DNA from: a virus
Taxonomy: Duplodnaviria; Caudoviricetes
DNA length: 30,692 nt
Virus record (IMG/VR): IMGVR_UViG_3300020472_000114
Location: 1-30,692 of that record
Reading direction: 5' to 3' (one strand)
The notes beneath the pieces are model-generated. The model made no database searches. It was not told where the DNA came from and was given only the letters and a program-made list of their open reading frames with translations. This document shows, one piece after another, positions 26,474 to 30,692 of this stretch. Position 1 is the stretch's first letter, and every line of letters starts with the position of its first letter. A program made the position numbers and the translations under genes.

Positions 26474-28927
26474 ATGGATCAAAATCTTTTTAGAAATAAG
26501 CAGACAGATTTGGATCTTAATGGTCCAAATCTGTCATTTACAACTAATCCATCAAATCAAGAGGGTAATACAGGTGATAATGTATCATTTATAGGTATTG
26601 CTACAGCAACATTTCCTAATGCTGCTGATAATTCAGGGTCAATTGCATATCAATGGTATGAAGTTGGTGTTGGTAAATTAAGTGATGGTGGAAAATTAGC
26701 AGGAACTGCTACGACTACTTTAACTCTTAGTAATCTAGTAACACCTGGTGATAATGGGAGACAATTTTATGTTGAATCTGATTATGTTCCTTTTCTAATT
26801 GGTAATCCCAATGAGAAATATTACCAAACAGGAAATGCACTCAATGAGCCTCTAAATTCGGGGATTGGTAGTGTAACTGTTGCTGATGAAATTGCAATTA
26901 CGACACAACCAATTCCAATTACAGGAATAATAGCGACAAGTCATACATTTAATGTTGCATCTAATGTAAATGGAGATACGCAAAATTTATCATATCAATG
27001 GCAAGTTGATGGGACTAATGTAAGTAATGGAACAATTGAAAAGAAGAGTGTAGAAGTAGTAGGTATCAATACTATTGTAACGGAACAAACATTTACAACT
27101 GGATCATTTACTATACCTGCAAATGCTACTAATATTAGATTAGATCTTGGTGGTGGTTGTGGTGGTCAAGGTGCAAATACTCATTTAAACATTGGTGGAG
27201 ATGGTGGTGATGGAATGACTGCATGGTTTACTATTCCATCAAGTTCATCTGCAAGAACAGTTTCTATTGATGTTGGTAGGAATGGAAATGATGGATTGGT
27301 AGGAACAGAAAGTATTGGTGGATTTGGTGGTGCTATTGTTGGAAGTGCTTTGGCAGGAGGTAATGGTGCAAAATCTGGTTCTACAGGATTAAATGGATCT
27401 GGAGGTGGCGGCGGTGCTCCTACTAGTGTAACAATTGATGGAACACTTGCAATTGTTCTAGGTGGTGGTGCTGGCGGTGGTGGAGCAAGTGAATCTGGTG
27501 CTGGAACTAATGGTGGTGATGCAGGTCCAACATCTGGAAGTGTAATTTTTTATGGTTTATCTGATAGTGATTCTTTTTCATCTGTGAATGGTATATCTGC
27601 TGTTGCATCAACTGGAGCTGGTGGTGGAGGAGGTGGATCAGGAGCTTCGTTTACATATAATTCTACTACTTATAGTGCAGCTACTGCAGGAACTTCTGGA
27701 TCATCTGCAACTGGTGGTGAGTATGGATATAGTGCATATAAAACTAGTTTAGCAACTCTTGATGGTGGTTCTTATAATAGATATGAGAAGTCTCGTGGTG
27801 CTGGTTCTGGTTGGGCATTTCTTACATATACTACTACTTCAACTACAAACACAAATGATACTAAAACTACCACTGTAACTGGTGCTCAAACTGCGTCTTT
27901 AACATTAAATACTGATAAGGTAGGTGTAGCATATACAGTTGGTGTTGTTGTTAGTGCAACAGCAAGTAATTCTCCTTTAACTTCGGATATTGTTGGATAT
28001 ACTGTAGTATCAGAAACAGATCAAGCAATTGTTAATATTGAAGCAATAGGAATTACAACTTCTGCTTCGCTTTCAGCAGTTAATTTGAGGAATGGAGAAA
28101 TTACTTTTACGTCATCAGATCCTAGAACGGATAATACAAATTCTGTAAGGGAATATGTATTATATTCACCAGAGAGAAATATTAATGTAGAAATGGAGAT
28201 GTATGGTGGAAAGGGATATGATAATTTTACAAATGGAACTTCTTTTGGTGGTCAAGGTGGATATGGTAAGATTCAATTTACTTTAGAAAAGAATGTTGAA
28301 TATGTATTGACTGGATTATCTACTTCAATTGGTGCTCCTTCACTGTATAGAAAAGCATCTTTACTTGCTGTTGTTGGTCAAGGTGGAAAAGGTGGTCAGC
28401 AAGGTGGTGTAGGTGGAAGAGGTGGTGGTCCTAATATGGCAGGACAATCAGGTGGTGGTAATGGTGGTGGCGGTAGTTCTGCTAATTATGCTCCACAAGT
28501 TAATGGTACTTTTGGTTCTATATTCCAATCTCCTACATTATATACAAATGATGGTCAGGCCGTACCTCCAAATGGTGGATTAATGATCTCTTGTCCAAAG
28601 GGAATCTATTGGGCTCAGCAAGGAAAGACTCAATGTGAAGATTTAGGAAGTGTTCAGTTCAGATTATCTGATGGATCTATAGTTTCTAATACTTCTTCAT
28701 CTATAACTAGAGGATATAAAACTGGATATAATATTATTGAAACTGCAGGAGCAGCAATTGGTAATGGTGGTATTGGAGGCAATGGTGCATCTGGTGGATC
28801 TGGTGGTCAAATTCAAGGTGGTGGAGGAGGTGGATCTGGATTTGCCAGTGGATCTGTCACTGTTGTTGATTCTACTTTAGGTGGTAATCAATTTAATGAA
28901 CCTAGAGTAATACTTAGAGTTGTCTGA
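26474..28927 (+). CDS. Ig-like plus glycine-rich adhesin/fibre protein (817 aa)
   Basis: Two Ig-type starts (SFTTNP..YQWY..TLTLSNL; ITTQP..SYQWQVDG) and two polyglycine domains (GGGCGGQG..GGGGGA..LGGGAGGGG; YGGKG..VVGQGGKGG..GGGGGSGF). Confidence 0.75.
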   Translation: MDQNLFRNKQTDLDLNGPNLSFTTNPSNQEGNTGDNVSFIGIATATFPNAADNSGSIAYQWYEVGVGKLSDGGKLAGTATTTLTLSNLVTPGDNGRQFYVESDYVPFLIGNPNEKYYQTGNALNEPLNSGIGSVTVADEIAITTQPIPITGIIATSHTFNVASNVNGDTQNLSYQWQVDGTNVSNGTIEKKSVEVVGINTIVTEQTFTTGSFTIPANATNIRLDLGGGCGGQGANTHLNIGGDGGDGMTAWFTIPSSSSARTVSIDVGRNGNDGLVGTESIGGFGGAIVGSALAGGNGAKSGSTGLNGSGGGGGAPTSVTIDGTLAIVLGGGAGGGGASESGAGTNGGDAGPTSGSVIFYGLSDSDSFSSVNGISAVASTGAGGGGGGSGASFTYNSTTYSAATAGTSGSSATGGEYGYSAYKTSLATLDGGSYNRYEKSRGAGSGWAFLTYTTTSTTNTNDTKTTTVTGAQTASLTLNTDKVGVAYTVGVVVSATASNSPLTSDIVGYTVVSETDQAIVNIEAIGITTSASLSAVNLRNGEITFTSSDPRTDNTNSVREYVLYSPERNINVEMEMYGGKGYDNFTNGTSFGGQGGYGKIQFTLEKNVEYVLTGLSTSIGAPSLYRKASLLAVVGQGGKGGQQGGVGGRGGGPNMAGQSGGGNGGGGSSANYAPQVNGTFGSIFQSPTLYTNDGQAVPPNGGLMISCPKGIYWAQQGKTQCEDLGSVQFRLSDGSIVSNTSSSITRGYKTGYNIIETAGAAIGNGGIGGNGASGGSGGQIQGGGGGGSGFASGSVTVVDSTLGGNQFNEPRVILRVV

Positions 28928-28928
28928 C

Positions 28929-28936
28929 TATAAATA
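28929..28936 (+). promoter_or_regulatory. T4 late promoter consensus TATAAATA
   Basis: Perfect consensus, intergenic, 34 nt before ATG 28971. Confidence 0.8.
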
Positions 28937-28970
28937 ATAAAAAATAGGGGGAGAGTGAACCCAAAATAAC

Positions 28971-30692
28971 ATGGCTGTAAACAAGAATTTTGTAGTAAAG
29001 AATGGTTTAGAGGTAGGAACCGACCTCATTCTTGCTAATACTACTAACAGCAGGGTTGGTATAGGGACATCTCTACCAACAGATACCCTCCATGTGAACG
29101 GAGGAATCGCTGGTACAGATTTTGTTATTTCGGGAATAGGTACTATCCCAACGTTGAAATCAACGGATGGTACTATTGGAACTCTTTCTGCTACTACCAT
29201 TTCGATGGGTAGTACGGCAATAGTTAATTCCGCAAGACAGTTACAAAATATTGCATCATTAGATGCCACAACTACAGCAACTATTGAATCTGCTATTGAA
29301 GCAGGCCCAAATACATTTGCTAATTTAAATATTACAGGTGTATCGACATTTGTTGGACTTGCTACGTTTGGTAGTGGAATAGAAGTTCAATCAGGTGTAT
29401 CTACATTTACAGGAATAGTTGATATTAATGGTGGTGGTCGTGCTAATACATTTCAGGTAGAAGATTTAACTGCAGATAGAGTTGTTTATGCTAGTACTAG
29501 CGGAGAACTTGTTGATAGTAATGATTTAAAATTTGCAAAGACTACATTAACTGCTGCTAATTTACAAGTAACTGGTGTAACCACTAGTAGTGGATTATTA
29601 GATGCTAATGGTGGTGCTAATATTTCTGGTGGATCAGGACTTGTTGTAACAAATGGTTCTACTCTTGCATCAGCAGTTATTGGAGGAATTGGTACTTTTA
29701 ATAGCGATGGTGCAAATGTACTTGGAATTGTAACTGCTACTGCTTTCCACGGAGATATTTCAAACACTACTGGTGTTAGTACAAATATTGTTGCATCTGT
29801 TGGTATTCAATCTGGTGGAAATGTAGTTGGTGCTGGTATTACAGCTCTTAACTTTATTGGTGCTGGTAATTCTATACTTGTAAATGGATCTAATCCAGCT
29901 ATAGTTGATATACAGATTTCTGGTGGTGGAGGAGCAGGTGCTGCGACTAGTGTTGGAGGTAGTGCTCCTGCTGATCCTGCATTGGGGCAACTTTGGTATA
30001 ATAATGAACTTGCAAGAACATTTATTTGGTACGATGAGGAAAAACTTAGTTTAGGTACTACTGCATATTGGGTAGATGCTTCACCATTTGATATGCAAGG
30101 ACAATTCCTTGAGAAGACTGGCGATAATATGGGTGGAGCTCTTGGTATTTCATCAGGATCTCTTTCTGCACCAGGACTTTATATTAATGGATCTACTAAT
30201 ACTGGTATTGCAGCATTCAACTCAAATGAGTTTTCATTCATATCATCAGGAACAGAAAAGTTCAATGTTAATGCAAGTGGTGCTAGGATTGTAGGAACAA
30301 CTACTGTTACTGGAAATATTAATGCAATAGACGGAGTATTTACAGGTAACGTCACTGTTGGTGGTACATTAACCAAGCAAGACGTAACCAATGTAGATTC
30401 TATTGGTGTTGTTACTGCAAGACAAGGTGTTTACTTTGGTAATGCTGGTGCAGGAACATTAATTCAAGGTAATTCAAATGGTGTGGTAGTAGGAGGTACT
30501 CTCAGTTCTGTAGGTATTAACTCTTCATCTCCATCTGGTACTCTTGATGTTACGACTACTGCTGGAGCTGGTTCAACTGTATTCATTTATGCTGCTAATC
30601 ATAATACAAGTGCTGTATCACAGGCAGAATTGAGATTTGGTTTTGCACACTCAGGTTCTCCTGAAGGTATTGGTTATATAAAATTAAAAGAA
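28971..30692 (+). CDS. Tail fibre protein, 5' part (runs off the right edge, at least 574 aa)
   Basis: Not in the ORF track. Manual translation MAVNKNFVVKNGLEVGTDLILANTTNSRVGIGTSLP.. stays open to the end. It contains ITGVSTFVG, GIVTATAFHGD, APADPALGQLWYN..WVDASP and DVTNVDSIGVVTARQG fibre motifs. Confidence 0.88.
   Translation, partial: MAVNKNFVVKNGLEVGTDLILANTTNSRVGIGTSLPTDTLHVNGGIAGTDFVISGIGTIPTLKSTDGTIGTLSATTISMGSTAIVNSARQLQNIASLDATTTATIESAIEAGPNTFANLNITGVSTFVGLATFGSGIEVQSGVSTFTGIVDINGGGRANTFQVEDLTADRVVYASTSGELVDSNDLKFAKTTLTAANLQVTGVTTSSGLLDANGGANISGGSGLVVTNGSTLASAVIGGIGTFNSDGANVLGIVTATAFHGDISNTTGVSTNIVASVGIQSGGNVVGAGITALNFIGAGNSILVNGSNPAIVDIQISGGGGAGAATSVGGSAPADPALGQLWYNNELARTFIWYDEEKLSLGTTAYWVDASPFDMQGQFLEKTGDNMGGALGISSGSLSAPGLYINGSTNTGIAAFNSNEFSFISSGTEKFNVNASGARIVGTTTVTGNINAIDGVFTGNVTVGGTLTKQDVTNVDSIGVVTARQGVYFGNAGAGTLIQGNSNGVVVGGTLSSVGINSSSPSGTLDVTTTAGAGSTVFIYAANHNTSAVSQAELRFGFAHSGSPEGIGYIKLKE

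Noticed and set aside
1597-30391. Short minus-strand and alternative-frame ORFs in the track (e.g. 2710-3219, 4072-4401, 10104-10289, 24995-25321, 28928-29269, 30076-30294)
   Set aside because: They lie within long, well-supported plus-strand genes and have no recognisable motifs, consistent with shadow ORFs from codon bias.
1-30692. tRNAs, introns, inteins, alternative genetic code
   Set aside because: No cloverleaf, intron-sized gap or intein motif was seen, and the long ORFs are intact under the standard code with all three stops used.

Overview
This window is part of the virion morphogenesis region of a T4-like cyanomyovirus (P-SSM2/S-SM2-type gene order; AT-rich, gene dense). A short leftward unit holds gp4 and the 5' part of a gp2-like gene. 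The long rightward late region runs: gp54/tail-tube-like gene, gp26, gp51 (missing from the ORF track), two tape-measure-like genes, a probable baseplate hub, a His-rich CP12, a lysozyme-less gp5 N-terminal gene, a 2013-aa multi-PA14 structural protein, small spike-like genes, then large tail-fibre/adhesin genes. The last fibre gene runs off the window edge. The most notable observation is a canonical -1 slippery heptamer (T TTT TTC) at the end of gp26 that would join it in frame to gp51 just upstream of the tape-measure-like genes, the layout of lambda G/GT tail-assembly chaperones. Other observations: CP12 coupled to gp5, an apparently split gp5, a DUF4214-like module, nested domain insertions and a long intergenic hairpin. 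Product calls come from motif recognition and gene order, not database searches.
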